Positions 41,507-51,911 of a stretch of 64,000 nucleotides of DNA are shown in pieces. Below the pieces are notes generated by a model. The model ran no database searches and had not been told where the DNA came from. It saw nothing but the letters and a program-made list of their open reading frames with translations. Numbering within the stretch: position 1 is the stretch's first letter; every line of letters starts with the position of its first letter. The translations under genes were made by a program, and so were the position numbers. The stretch comes from Chthonomonadales bacterium (GTDB lineage Bacteria; Armatimonadota; Chthonomonadetes; Chthonomonadales; CAJBBX01): positions 89,602 through 153,601 of the forward strand of contig JBBIPC010000004.1 in assembly GCA_037443035.1 (NCBI GenBank), given 5' to 3'.

Positions 41507-42801
41507 TTGCCCGGGGGTTCGTCTCCAACATTGTTGGATACGGCTGCCTGTCCCTTCGATCGGTTGTCGATTCTAATCGGTCCGCGCATCACGTTGTCCG
41601 CAATGACCGCGCGAGTAACACCTTCCTCCAGGAGGATCTGGGGCTTGTTCTCGCGGAACTCGCAACCGCGCACGATGAGAGCTCCGCCTGTGGCGTGCAC
41701 TGCCGATCGCCCCTCGCGAGCCTTGTCCCACTGGACGAAAGTGCAGTCGCTGAAACCGACGGTTCCTCGTCCGCCGACTTCGGCTATCTGGTTGCAGGGT
41801 CCCCAGAAGGCGCAGTTAACGAAGCGCACGCTACCCGAATGGGTATCGGTAACGCGGACCATGGTGGGGTTCGGCCCCTTGAATGAAACGAACTCCCCAT
41901 TAGTGATCAGGATGCCGAACGGCGCCGATTGCTCGATGTGCACGGCGGTGTAGCAGTCGTCAGCGCCAATCCCGAGGAAGTTCCCGTTCGTGACTCCAGC
42001 CTTGCTCTGGACGAACTTGTAGCCGATGCTGTAACCGTAGCAGAATGTGTTGAGCACGTACTGCCAGTCCGTCCGACCGAAAATGAAGGCTTCGCCGTTC
42101 TCCATCTGCCACTGGAAGAGCGCCGGCTTCGTGCTCCACCACGGGTTGAAGTGGACGTTCTCGATCCTGCCGATGTCGTAGATGCTGTCCACCCAGATAC
42201 CACGTCGCAGGGGCTGACCCTGAACGTTCCTAATCAGGTGACGCTCATTCTGGCTGGCGTCAATACCGTTGTATGGATTCAGCATCTCCACGTCCAGCAC
42301 CGCGGGATTCTTGCCACGCATGGCAATCGCCCAGGGATAGGGCGTTGGCACCTTGTCCTGCGCCTGCTCTGGGTAATAGATCACCACCCCCTTGAGCGTG
42401 GAGTTCGTGTTGAGCGTGATGGCAGCCGGAGCATCCTCGGTGCCTTTGTCCGCCGTCAGCAGAAGGGTCGTTCCGTCATCCGTCGGTTTCGGCAGACCAG
42501 CGTCGCGGAGCCCATTGTGGGCCGGCACCGACTCCCAGACCCCCTTTAGGGTCACGGCCTGGGGAATGCTCAGACGCCCTTTGAGCAGGTACTTGCCCCT
42601 AGGCAGATAGACGACACCGCCCGTCGGTCCTAGTGAATTCAGAGCGCTCTGAATGGCAGCGGTGTCATCGGTCTGTCCATCTCCACGCGCCAAGAATGGC
42701 GCAGCCGTCGCGTTCACTACATCCGCCGGCGCGGCTACGCACCCAAGCGCCAGCACAGCCATTGCACCGACCAACAACCAGTTCATCATCCCTCTCCTCA
42801 T
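41503..42801 (-). CDS. Exported beta-helix protein (pectate_lyase_3/GH28-related)
   Basis: Signal peptide, ARGDGQTDDTAAIQSAL, GGVVYLPRGKY. Confidence 0.8.
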   Translation of the reverse strand: MRRGMMNWLLVGAMAVLALGCVAAPADVVNATAAPFLARGDGQTDDTAAIQSALNSLGPTGGVVYLPRGKYLLKGRLSIPQAVTLKGVWESVPAHNGLRDAGLPKPTDDGTTLLLTADKGTEDAPAAITLNTNSTLKGVVIYYPEQAQDKVPTPYPWAIAMRGKNPAVLDVEMLNPYNGIDASQNERHLIRNVQGQPLRRGIWVDSIYDIGRIENVHFNPWWSTKPALFQWQMENGEAFIFGRTDWQYVLNTFCYGYSIGYKFVQSKAGVTNGNFLGIGADDCYTAVHIEQSAPFGILITNGEFVSFKGPNPTMVRVTDTHSGSVRFVNCAFWGPCNQIAEVGGRGTVGFSDCTFVQWDKAREGRSAVHATGGALIVRGCEFRENKPQILLEEGVTRAVIADNVMRGPIRIDNRSKGQAAVSNNVGDEPPGK

Positions 42802-42830
42802 GAGCCTGGCCCGCAGCGGATTCCCAGGTT

Positions 42831-43472
42831 CTAGAACAAGGTCAGCCTAGGAGCATTGCGCAGCTCCACAACCCGTACTCGGGCAGTCTCGATGTCGCGG
42901 ACAAGCGAGCGCCGCGCTTCCTCGTACGCTGCTCCCTGCTGCCGAAGTATGTACGCCGGATGGAGTGCCGCCATCATGTAGGGTGCGTAACGACCATCGG
43001 TGAACCACTGCCCCCTCTCCGCGAGCATCCGGAAACCGCTGTGTATCAGCGTGTTCGCGCTCGGTGCACCTAGGCACACGATGACAAGGGGTGCGATGAT
43101 GCTCAATTGCGCATCCAGCCACTTGGCGCAAGCCGCGATCTCTGCAGGTCTCGGGGCACGATTCTGAACACTTCGTCCCTCGATGATACACGCTCGGCAC
43201 TTCACAACGTTGCATATATAAACGTGTTTGCGAGACAGCCGGCATTCCGCCAAGCATTCATCGAGGAGCTTGCCCGCGCGACCCACGAATGGCCGCCCAG
43301 TAGCATCTTCCTGCGCGCCTGGGCCCTCTCCCACGAACACAAGGGGGGCTTCAGGGTTTCCCTCGCCGAACACAACGTTCGTCCGCGTCTCCGCTAGCGG
43401 ACAGGCAGTACAAGTGCGAGCCTCGTTCGCCACCGCTGCGAGCTGCTCGGTCTTGGTCTGCTCAGAGTCCAT
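42831..43472 (-). CDS. Uracil-DNA glycosylase family 4
   Basis: [37 protein letters not shown]. Confidence 0.93.
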   Translation of the reverse strand: MDSEQTKTEQLAAVANEARTCTACPLAETRTNVVFGEGNPEAPLVFVGEGPGAQEDATGRPFVGRAGKLLDECLAECRLSRKHVYICNVVKCRACIIEGRSVQNRAPRPAEIAACAKWLDAQLSIIAPLVIVCLGAPSANTLIHSGFRMLAERGQWFTDGRYAPYMMAALHPAYILRQQGAAYEEARRSLVRDIETARVRVVELRNAPRLTLF

Positions 43473-43947
43473 CCATACATCCTTTCAGGCGACGGTACGT
43501 AGCCTGCAGGGACGCCGGCATGATGCGCACATCGGCCAAGACCGGCATGAAGTTCGTATCCCCGTTCCACCGCGGCACGACGTGCACATGCACATGGTCC
43601 TCGAGACCGGCTCCTGCAACACGGCCAAGATTCACTCCGATATTGAACCCATGGGGATTGTACGCTTTCCGAAGAGCCTCGATGCCCTTGGTGACCAGGG
43701 TCCACAGATCGAGCACCTCGTCTGTGGCTAGCGAGCCCAGATCTCCCGTGTGTCGAAACGGCGCGACCATAAGATGGCCATTAGCGTAAGGGTAAGCATT
43801 GAGAATGATGAAAGCGCCTTGGGAGCGCGCAAGGATCAGCCGCTCTTCATCGCGTTGCTCGGCCGGGAATGCACAGAGGAAGCACCCGTCGAGACGATCC
43901 GCATTCTCGATGTACTCCAGGCGCCATGGCGCCCACAACCTCTCCAT
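43462..43947 (-). CDS. HIT family nucleotide hydrolase (Ap4A phosphorylase-like)
   Basis: [30 protein letters not shown]. Confidence 0.9.
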   Translation of the reverse strand: MERLWAPWRLEYIENADRLDGCFLCAFPAEQRDEERLILARSQGAFIILNAYPYANGHLMVAPFRHTGDLGSLATDEVLDLWTLVTKGIEALRKAYNPHGFNIGVNLGRVAGAGLEDHVHVHVVPRWNGDTNFMPVLADVRIMPASLQATYRRLKGCMDGL

Positions 43948-43962
43948 ACGCGCTCTCCATCG

Positions 43963-45276
43963 CTATTTGGTGGCACGCCATCCAGCGTCTACCTGGTCGA
44001 CAAGCCCGGCAAGATGGTACCTGGACAGAAGCTCCACCACGGCACCACGCTGGGAAACACGTTTCACCATGCCGACACCGGCTGCAAACCAGACGTCCAC
44101 GGGACCATCTGCAACGACCGCGCGCAGGTGGAGGGACTCTGGGAACGTACCACAAGGCGTTGTCACTGTCTCCGAGCCGATAACCGCCCAGACGCTTCCC
44201 TGCGGCCGTCCGTCTTCTCGGGCTGCGTACTCTTCGTGCCACGGGCTACGTACATCTCTCGGTCGGTTTCGACGCCAGACCCCTGTAGCAGTAGTGAACG
44301 CTTGATACACGACGCTGTTACCGCCAGGAAGGAGACACTCCACACGCCACACGTCGCTGCGAGAGGTCGGTACTCTCGCGCGCACTGCTACGGTATACCG
44401 TGCGGCTCGCGCATCGGCGTCAGAGCGCCGCACGGAGTACTCCCACCAATTCCCTGCACGGAGTGGAAGCCACTTCCAGCCTGCTATCGTGACCGCAGGC
44501 AGTTCTCCGACGAGTGCCCTCTCGTCGAGTGGCTGACGACGAGTCTCTGCGGACTCCGGTCTGGGCCGTGACGCCAGGGAAACTGCCAGCGCCTCCATGG
44601 CCTTCACACGATCCTTGGCAGGGGGATGGTCCCGCAGGTAGGTTGGCACTTGCACGTCCTTCTCGAGCTTCTCCATTTCCTTGGAGGCTCGCACCGCACC
44701 CTGAGGATCGTAACCCGCAGCCCACATGAGTTCTGCACCACCCTCGTCGGCGTCTTGCTCTTGCTCTCTGGAGTATTGCGCACTGATGAGCGTCGTAGCC
44801 AGTTCCGCGACATCAGCCGAACCCAGGAGCGTCCCCGCGAGTATGGAGACGATGAGCGGCCCCCGCATCTTCTCGACCATCCGTCGCCAGTGACGATGAG
44901 CCGCATGGGTTATCTCGTGCGCCATGACGAAGGCAACAGCATCATCGTCCGGCAGACGCGTTAGCAGCCCCTCGTACACGTACATGAAGCCACCAGGAAG
45001 GCAGAAGGCGTTGAAGTCTCGAACCTCGAGCACCTTGAACTCGTACGGGTAAGCCTTCTCGGGCATGGCGCGGACCAGCGCGCTCCCGATGCGGCGAACT
45101 CGTTCCTGCATGGCAGGATCGCGAGAGACGTGCATCCGCGCCTCCACTTCCGCCGCGACCTGCCGGCCCAGTTCGATTTCCCGCTGCGGGTCGGTCCGCT
45201 CGAAGAGCTGGCCCTGCGCCCGAATGCCTACGACAACGGACAGCAGGATCGCGATGCCGACAAGACGCCTGTTCAT
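43963..45276 (-). CDS. Exported M48 (BepA/YfgC-like) metalloprotease with C-terminal beta-rich domain
   Basis: FNAFCLPGG, AHEITH, YSREQEQDAD, DHP...R. Confidence 0.85.
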   Translation of the reverse strand: MNRRLVGIAILLSVVVGIRAQGQLFERTDPQREIELGRQVAAEVEARMHVSRDPAMQERVRRIGSALVRAMPEKAYPYEFKVLEVRDFNAFCLPGGFMYVYEGLLTRLPDDDAVAFVMAHEITHAAHRHWRRMVEKMRGPLIVSILAGTLLGSADVAELATTLISAQYSREQEQDADEGGAELMWAAGYDPQGAVRASKEMEKLEKDVQVPTYLRDHPPAKDRVKAMEALAVSLASRPRPESAETRRQPLDERALVGELPAVTIAGWKWLPLRAGNWWEYSVRRSDADARAARYTVAVRARVPTSRSDVWRVECLLPGGNSVVYQAFTTATGVWRRNRPRDVRSPWHEEYAAREDGRPQGSVWAVIGSETVTTPCGTFPESLHLRAVVADGPVDVWFAAGVGMVKRVSQRGAVVELLSRYHLAGLVDQVDAGWRATK

Positions 45277-47516
45277 CGAGCTTCTCCCTCACCAACCGTG
45301 GTCCCCATCCGAGTTCCGAAGTACTCAGCATAGGCGGCAAGTGCTGCTGCCGCTCCCACGGCGTCACCACCATCTGTCAGGAGCGCCGCCAGCCGCAGGT
45401 GCGCCTCGGCATGGCGCGGATTGAGTTTCGTTACCTCCCGGAGCAGGCGAATAGCTTTGTCCGTCTCGCCCTCTTGCTCCGCCACAACCGCTTCGACGTA
45501 TCCAAACTGCGGGCTCCCTCCCCAGGTTCGCCTGGCTCGTTCCAGAGCACGACCGGCGTACTCCGCCTCTCCTAGTTCGGCAAGTGCGGATCCGAGGCCG
45601 AACCATCCGAACGTGTCGTCTGGCCGTGCCGACAGCGCGAGTAGGCCCTGGAAGAGCGCGAAGTCACTAGCCGCACGGTCGTAGGCATAGCCCGCGATGG
45701 CTACAGTGCGTGAGGTTACGAACCCAGCGTAGGGTGCATAGAGCCCCTCATCTACCCTTGCACCAGATCGGGCGCATTTCAAAGCATCGGTCAGCGCGTC
45801 CAGACACTCCCGCAGCGCCTGCTGAGCACCCGCGTCACCGCGTTCTTGCAGGCGATCCCACCTCTTGTATAGCAGTATGGCCAGCGCATGCCACGCCTCA
45901 AAATCGCGGCTCTTGCGCCGATCCTTGCCTTCACCAACCATGACTCGCTGTCGAGCAGCCTCGAGATCGGCATCGCCGTCCGAGCTGTTCGCCTCTTCCC
46001 GACCGAGAAGCTGTTGGGCCGCGTAATCCAGATCCGAGCGAACGGACGTCAGGTCGGGGTCTCGTTCCAGGGCGTGCCGCAGTACCGCCACCGCCTCCTC
46101 GTACCTGCCGACGTCCAGCAAGGCCCTTCCGTAGTCAACCTCACGCACGGGATTGTTCGGTTCAGCCGAGACAGCCGCTGCAGTCTCGGCAACGCGAAGC
46201 GAGGACCTGAAGCGCATGGCTCCCGGCGACGTTGTCGGCAGGCTGTCGAGAGCTTCGCGTACTCGTGCCGCACCCGCAAGGTCACCCAGCGATAGATAGG
46301 ACTCTCCGATAGCAACCAGAAGCGACGGAGACGGTCGTTTCCGGGGATCACGCGACTTCGCTTCAGCAACCATGGAACCATACGACGCCACGACTTGCGG
46401 TGCTTCCCCAGATCGAACCAGCGCCTCAGCATGGCGTGCGACGAGTTCGGTAGGCTGCCGATCGCCCGCCAGAGCAAGGGCCCGCTGGAGCGCGGCTGCC
46501 GCTGTGGCGTAGTCCTGCCGAGCTTCCGCGGCATCCGCCAGGTACAGGTAGTCCTGCTCGGTTGCCCGTGGATCGGCACAGATCTCGGTCCAAAGACTCA
46601 GCGAGGATGCGCCGTCTCCCGCTTGTCCCACCTCGAAGGCTCTCAACCGCTTCTCTGCAACAGGAAGTTCCTCATCGGAAAGCACGACCTGGACCAGCCG
46701 CTTGATCGGACCCGCATCCAATACGTCCAGGGGAGACTTGCCAAGCACGAACGTCACGGGCACCGCGAGGCTGGACTTCACTTTCGGCGCCGTGACCCTT
46801 GCGGTGAAGACGGCAAGCCCGGCATCGTCCTGGGCTGTCATGGCAAGCCGCTTCGATCGCCAAGTCTCCGATACGCATACCACCTCGAGATCTCTTGCCG
46901 CGCCTTGAGGCACACGTACCGATGCTCGTAGGAGAATCTCTTTGCCAGGACGTGCAATGGCGGGCTCGACGGCCGCATCGGCCAACTGCACTACCCCCCA
47001 TCCGCTAGCCGCCGCTGATGCTTCGGTGGCCCCCTCGCGCACGAGAACGATGGGTTCCATGATCACTGCGAATTGCTCGGCGTCGAGACTGCGGCATGGA
47101 CATATGCCCACGAACGGCTTGTACCCGGGAGCGGTTACCATCATCTCGAGGCGATTGACATCGATGCGTTTGGTACGGTTCATCGCACCGCCGGCCAGCA
47201 CACCGATCAACCCCGAGTTCAGGGCACGCCCAAGATCGAAATTCTGGGACATACGGCCGAGCAGCGCTTGTGCCACATAACGGCCCATGGCGTCCGTGAT
47301 TGCCACAGTCTTCCCCGTCTCAGCGAAGGCGCCGTCAGATCGTATCACGACTCGAGCACCAGCGAGAGGCGCGGAATTGGAAGCGTCATAGACCTGACCG
47401 CGGACTCGACCCCACGAAGTCGGCTGTACGGACTTGTCCACTCGCACGCCAGGTTGCGAGAGGGTGGGTACACCGCCAGCAAGATACAAGCTGATCAACA
47501 GGACTCGCAGTGCCAT
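45273..47516 (-). CDS. Exported TPR protein with N-terminal carboxypeptidase-regulatory-like domain
   Basis: Signal peptide, GRVRGQVYDA..PLAGARV..TDAMGRY, multiple TPR helices; start moved to ATG 47516. Confidence 0.75.
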   Translation of the reverse strand: MALRVLLISLYLAGGVPTLSQPGVRVDKSVQPTSWGRVRGQVYDASNSAPLAGARVVIRSDGAFAETGKTVAITDAMGRYVAQALLGRMSQNFDLGRALNSGLIGVLAGGAMNRTKRIDVNRLEMMVTAPGYKPFVGICPCRSLDAEQFAVIMEPIVLVREGATEASAAASGWGVVQLADAAVEPAIARPGKEILLRASVRVPQGAARDLEVVCVSETWRSKRLAMTAQDDAGLAVFTARVTAPKVKSSLAVPVTFVLGKSPLDVLDAGPIKRLVQVVLSDEELPVAEKRLRAFEVGQAGDGASSLSLWTEICADPRATEQDYLYLADAAEARQDYATAAAALQRALALAGDRQPTELVARHAEALVRSGEAPQVVASYGSMVAEAKSRDPRKRPSPSLLVAIGESYLSLGDLAGAARVREALDSLPTTSPGAMRFRSSLRVAETAAAVSAEPNNPVREVDYGRALLDVGRYEEAVAVLRHALERDPDLTSVRSDLDYAAQQLLGREEANSSDGDADLEAARQRVMVGEGKDRRKSRDFEAWHALAILLYKRWDRLQERGDAGAQQALRECLDALTDALKCARSGARVDEGLYAPYAGFVTSRTVAIAGYAYDRAASDFALFQGLLALSARPDDTFGWFGLGSALAELGEAEYAGRALERARRTWGGSPQFGYVEAVVAEQEGETDKAIRLLREVTKLNPRHAEAHLRLAALLTDGGDAVGAAAALAAYAEYFGTRMGTTVGEGEAR

Positions 47517-47689
47517 CTTCGTGTCCTTCCTCAGTCCGCAGGAGAATCGCCATGCCTGAAGTGCATTTCGAACCGTTTTCTTCCCATACGCCCAATGCTC
47601 CTGCCGCCGTGCCTGGCGCGCCACATCACCGATCCGACGGCATGACGGACCCCATGTTGCCATGCATATCACATCACCCGGCACAATAC

Positions 47690-47718
47690 TTGACAAAGAC
47701 CACAACGGCTGTTATGAT
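47690..47718 (+). promoter_or_regulatory. sigma70 promoter of the DUF1559 array
   Basis: TTGACA, 17 bp spacer, TG-T-TATGAT. Confidence 0.75.
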
Positions 47719-47829
47719 ACTGCTAACGAGCATCCTGCCTGGCAGACCGCGATCCTCCCGTTCTGCAACATCGTGGCTGCTGGTCGGCGGGCATACGCGA
47801 TGCAACGTCCAACAAAGGAGATGCGACGC

Positions 47830-48645
47830 ATGCGTCGGAGAAGTCCAATAGGCTTCACCCTCATCGAGCTGCTCGTGGTGATCGCGATCATCGCGATCCT
47901 GGCAGCCATCCTGTTCCCGGTCTTCGCCAGGGCACGCGAGCAGGCGCGGAAGACTGTCTGTCTATCGAATCTCAAACAGATTGGCCTCGCCGCGCTCATG
48001 TACGTTCAGGACTACGACGAGCAGTTTCCCTGGCTCATGCAAGATGGACGGACCAACAACGAGAGTACCGGCTACAGCACCGGCCTGCCTACCGGACCGC
48101 CGCTGTGGAGCGTGGATCTCAATAACAAGCGCGGACTGTTCATGGAGTACGCTTTCGAGTCGTACGTGAAGAACTTCGGCCTCTTCGGCTGTCCCACGTT
48201 GCGTCCCGATCCCGTGGTTATGGCACCGGACGGGCGGGTGGCCAATCAGTTCGGATCCTACGGCTATGCATTCGGCGGCGTGGGGCCGGTACCGTCGCCC
48301 CGCTACGACAGAATACCATTGGAGATCTTCGTCCGGTTCGCTGCGTTGAACATGCCGCCCCTGGACGTCCTCGGACCGGAGTACAAGACCAATAACCCCC
48401 AGGATTTCTACATCGCAGGCCAGCCTCAGGCAGTGTGCAACACGCCCGCCCAGTCCGTCATCGCGTTCTGCAACTCCTACGGAGCGCATGCAGGGGTCAC
48501 GGACGACCAGGTGGTACCGCCTCCCTACGGAAGCGGTACCTCGGCAGGTGCGACACTCGCGGTCATGGTAGATGGTCATGCCAAGTACGCAAGCGGGAAT
48601 TTCATTGATCTTGTGAAGATGGTCATGCATCCCATGACCCGGTAG
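47830..48645 (+). CDS. DUF1559 prepilin-type N-methylation protein 1
   Basis: [64 protein letters not shown]. Confidence 0.92.
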   Translation: MRRRSPIGFTLIELLVVIAIIAILAAILFPVFARAREQARKTVCLSNLKQIGLAALMYVQDYDEQFPWLMQDGRTNNESTGYSTGLPTGPPLWSVDLNNKRGLFMEYAFESYVKNFGLFGCPTLRPDPVVMAPDGRVANQFGSYGYAFGGVGPVPSPRYDRIPLEIFVRFAALNMPPLDVLGPEYKTNNPQDFYIAGQPQAVCNTPAQSVIAFCNSYGAHAGVTDDQVVPPPYGSGTSAGATLAVMVDGHAKYASGNFIDLVKMVMHPMTR

Positions 48646-48655
48646 GAGGGCTCCG

Positions 48656-48835
48656 GTGCTCAAACAGGAGATCAATCCGGTGGTAGCGATCGTCGTAATC
48701 GTTGTCGTCTTGATCGTTGCCGGCGTCTGGGTTTGGACTCGAGCTGCCGGGCGCACCTTCACCAAAGACTCGGTACGCGGTATACAGTTCGATATCTCCA
48801 AGGGGAAGGGATTGCCTGCCCCAACAGGGAAATGA
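48656..48835 (+). CDS. 59 aa single-TM microprotein
   Basis: Not in ORF track. AGGAGG SD, GTG start: MLKQEINPVVAIVVIVVVLIVAGVWVWTRAAGRTFTKDSVRGIQFDISKGKGLPAPTGK. Confidence 0.75.
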   Translation: MLKQEINPVVAIVVIVVVLIVAGVWVWTRAAGRTFTKDSVRGIQFDISKGKGLPAPTGK

Positions 48836-48910
48836 CACGTAGGTCGTCATTCCGGTGACCATGCGCTATACGCGCGGTCACCAGCTACTCGAAGAGAAGG
48901 GACAAGAGCA

Positions 48911-49720
48911 ATGCGTCACACAAGCCGAGCATTCACGCTCATCGAGCTGCTCGTGGTGATCGCCATCATTGCGATCCTGGCAGCCATCCTGTTCCCCGTT
49001 TTCGCCCAGGCGCGAGAGAAGGCTCGAAGCATCTCGTGTCTGAGCAATCTGAAACAAGCGGCTCTCGCCACGCTCATGTACGTCCAGGACTATGACGAGA
49101 CGTTCCCCATGAGCCTGGCACCATTCCCGGCTGCTACGCCAGAGTATGCTGCTGCCCCGTGTATCACCTCTTTCTACGACAGGGTCAGCCCCTATCAGAA
49201 GAATGCCGATATCATGCGCTGTCCCTCGAAGCCCACGGCGTGTGACCTCCCTGCTGGGTTTCTCCGCCAGGCGGGACTAGGCATCAAGCCTCTCTGCGCG
49301 TCAACGCCGCCGCTCCGGTACATCTCCTACAACTTCAACTACGCGGTGATTGACGACGGGACGCCATCCCGACCGGTCAAGAAGCTCGCCGACATTCCGT
49401 TCCCGGTGATGAACTCCCTCATCTCGGATGGTGTTCCCACGGAGCCCGGCGGGATCTGCGGCTTGTTCAACTCACCGGTTGACGCAAGGCATACTCTCAC
49501 GGTCAACTGCTCGTTCGTGGATGGACATTCGAAGCCAGTCCATGCGAAGATCGCCGTGGACGGGTCGGGCGTCCCGTACACGTGCAGCAGCATTGACGGA
49601 CAGACCCTGCAGATCTTTCTTGTGACGGACGATGGTCCATACGTCAATCGAGCAGAGCTGTGGGGTGTTGCGTGCCAGCGGGCCGATGGGACGTGGTACC
49701 GCGCCCAGCGCTGCAACTAA
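48911..49720 (+). CDS. DUF1559 prepilin-type protein 2
   Basis: A-FTLIELL..., canonical H-X9-DG ([14 protein letters not shown]), Cys-rich. Confidence 0.92.
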   Translation: MRHTSRAFTLIELLVVIAIIAILAAILFPVFAQAREKARSISCLSNLKQAALATLMYVQDYDETFPMSLAPFPAATPEYAAAPCITSFYDRVSPYQKNADIMRCPSKPTACDLPAGFLRQAGLGIKPLCASTPPLRYISYNFNYAVIDDGTPSRPVKKLADIPFPVMNSLISDGVPTEPGGICGLFNSPVDARHTLTVNCSFVDGHSKPVHAKIAVDGSGVPYTCSSIDGQTLQIFLVTDDGPYVNRAELWGVACQRADGTWYRAQRCN

Positions 49721-49748
49721 CGAGTAGCCCCGTGTTCGGAGGAAGGTC

Positions 49749-49916
49749 ATGGCGGACCTAGCGAAGCGCCCAGTCCTCGTGGTCGTGGTGGTCGTTGTCC
49801 TGATTGCGGCGCTTGCGTTCGCCTGGCGACAGTATAGGGCGATGACCGGCGTGACTCAGGAGAACTCCATTCAGCTTACGCCAGATCAGATGAGGGAAGC
49901 GCTCCGCCGGGATTAG
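49749..49916 (+). CDS. 55 aa single-TM microprotein
   Basis: Not in ORF track. [62 protein letters not shown]. Confidence 0.72.
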   Translation: MADLAKRPVLVVVVVVVLIAALAFAWRQYRAMTGVTQENSIQLTPDQMREALRRD

Positions 49917-50058
49917 CGACAAGTCGGTACCTGGGCACATGCGAGAGACATCCGTGCGTGCCCGGGAAAACAGACTCGTTACACGGACCAGTACGCGTGG
50001 CCGCCGGCGAAGGGTGCCGGCGGTGCGCAAGAGGATCGGACAACACAGGAGGTTCGCA

Positions 50059-50760
50059 ATGTTATCACGCAGACACGGGTTCACGCTCATCGAGCTGCTC
50101 GTCGTGATCGCCATCATCGCGATCCTGGCAGCCATCCTGTTCCCCGTCTTCGCTCAGGCACGTGAGAAGGCACGGCAGACTGCGTGCCTCAGCAATGTGA
50201 AACAGCTCGGCACGGCTAGTGCCATGTACGCGCAGGACTATGACGAGAAGTTCCCCTACTTCCAGTGGTCGGCCGACGGCCTCCACCACGGGGAGATGTT
50301 CTGCTACGTGCTGCAGCCGTACATCAAGAACAACGGCATCTTGCGGTGTCCGAGCGACGGCGACATCAACGACATGTGGTGGTGGGACGGCCGGGACAGC
50401 AACCGCCCCAGCGTTCCGCTTCCGCCCGGCGGTCTCTCCTACGGAGCCAGTGAAGTCCTCCACTGGGGAACGAAGCTGGCGCGCATTCCCCAGCCGGCCA
50501 TCACCTTCTGGTTATCCGACGCTCAGGCGGCGTTGGTGCCGGACTGGCACTGGTGGCCCTGCCGTGTCATTGCAGCGCATGACAACCAGTACAACGCTCA
50601 TAACGTGGGAGTCAACGTGACGTTCGCGGACTTCCACTCGAAGTGGTACAGCAACAAGGGCCTCTGGGGCGCTTACCTGCAGGGCACGCTGCTCATCGAG
50701 CCGACGGCAACGGGACCGCGCTACACCGAACCCAACGGCGGCTGCGTAATCCCGAACTAA
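50059..50760 (+). CDS. DUF1559 prepilin-type protein 3
   Basis: [16 protein letters not shown]..., PYIKN..LRCPSD, H-X9-DF variant. Confidence 0.92.
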   Translation: MLSRRHGFTLIELLVVIAIIAILAAILFPVFAQAREKARQTACLSNVKQLGTASAMYAQDYDEKFPYFQWSADGLHHGEMFCYVLQPYIKNNGILRCPSDGDINDMWWWDGRDSNRPSVPLPPGGLSYGASEVLHWGTKLARIPQPAITFWLSDAQAALVPDWHWWPCRVIAAHDNQYNAHNVGVNVTFADFHSKWYSNKGLWGAYLQGTLLIEPTATGPRYTEPNGGCVIPN

Positions 50761-50785
50761 GCAGGGACATAGGGACGTACGGAGC

Positions 50786-50819
50786 GAGCGGGGCTCCACG
50801 ATGGGGTGGAGCCCCGCTC
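50786..50819 (+). terminator. Strong hairpin ending the DUF1559 array
   Basis: 14 bp perfect stem GAGCGGGGCTCCAC/GTGGAGCCCCGCTC; weak U tract. Confidence 0.55.
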
Positions 50820-50983
50820 ATGTCTGTAGCACGGTCGCAGGCAGGTTGAAGGGTATAGTTATTCGGAGCATGATGGAGCCTCGGACGTCCCGCAGGGGGT
50901 TGTTTCTATTGGTTTTGAAGCTCGGCGCAGCGTATGGGAGTTCGCGCCCTCCTTCGTCAATGCCGCCCAGCCAGGCAAACTGA

Positions 50984-51706
50984 ATGCTTCGTGGTATCCT
51001 CTCACGGCTGCGCAAAGGGAACTCTGCCACCGAGTCTCTGGCCTCGGATCAGGCACGGTCAGACGGCGGTCCATCTCAGAACAAGTTCACATCGTCTGCT
51101 ATCGGCATAGTTTCCAATTACCACGACACGACAGTGCGGGTAGCTTTGTTCCAGTACCTGCGAATCCAGGGCGCGCGGAAGCTTGTGTATAGCGGCCCTC
51201 TTGCAGTCCTGAATGAACCTGGCGAGCTGTGGAGACTCATTCAGTCCGGCGACGTCTTGTGGGTCTATGGCAAACCCGAGCGCCCACGCCTGGCACCAGA
51301 AGTTGGCCTGCTCCCAAGTGGCCCTGAGCAGATCGAGGTCAATGGCGTGCTCCTACGTCACTTCGCCAAGTCTCCCGTGGACGGCTCTGCAATCCGGTTC
51401 GGTCAGCTCCAGTGGCCGCCGCCCGGCGCCAATCAGCAGGAAACCGTAGAGGCAACGGCGTCAGAGACGGAGAACAGGATCATCGTCATAGGAAGCGGCC
51501 TGGAGTACGAGCGGTGGTCCTTCTACGCGCGGACAAACCGATGGGAGCTCGTGGAGCAGATCATGCCGGGCTACGCCGACAGCCCGGTAGTCACTATCGA
51601 ACTACCAGCGGATGAGCGCGCCGTCATCGTCCATCCCACCAGCAGCAACTCGTATTGCTCGATACTCGACCCCGAGAGGAACGTGCTTACGCTCTTCATG
51701 CTCTAG
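50984..51706 (+). CDS. Hypothetical protein, possibly a degenerate metallophosphoesterase fold
   Basis: 240 aa; the order IGIVSNYH, LVYSGPL, LWVYG, IIVIG, VIVHPTS, SILD mirrors YfcE-like motifs. Confidence 0.45.
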   Translation: MLRGILSRLRKGNSATESLASDQARSDGGPSQNKFTSSAIGIVSNYHDTTVRVALFQYLRIQGARKLVYSGPLAVLNEPGELWRLIQSGDVLWVYGKPERPRLAPEVGLLPSGPEQIEVNGVLLRHFAKSPVDGSAIRFGQLQWPPPGANQQETVEATASETENRIIVIGSGLEYERWSFYARTNRWELVEQIMPGYADSPVVTIELPADERAVIVHPTSSNSYCSILDPERNVLTLFML

Positions 51707-51911
51707 GCGTACTGCCGCTGCTGTCATCGCTTCCATGGTCCTCGCCTGCACCCGGACCCGGGCATTCACCTTGCAACTTGCGGAAGGGACGCTCGGACGA
51801 CGGTCGGCAGTTGCTTGCCGCCCACTCAGAGTTCTCGGTCACTGCCGCATCGCAGGAGAGCCAGGATGCACTATCGAAGTCTCCCTCCAACGCACTTCAC
51901 GGAGGCCGAAC

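Noticed and set aside
47854..50170. Repeats as a possible CRISPR array or DGR template/variable repeats
   Set aside because: They are coding pilin leaders about 1.1 kb apart; no cas or reverse transcriptase gene, and differences are mostly synonymous rather than adenine-specific
51800..51825. Possible sigma54 promoter (CGGCAGTTGCTTGC)
   Set aside because: GG-to-GC spacing is 9 rather than the required 10
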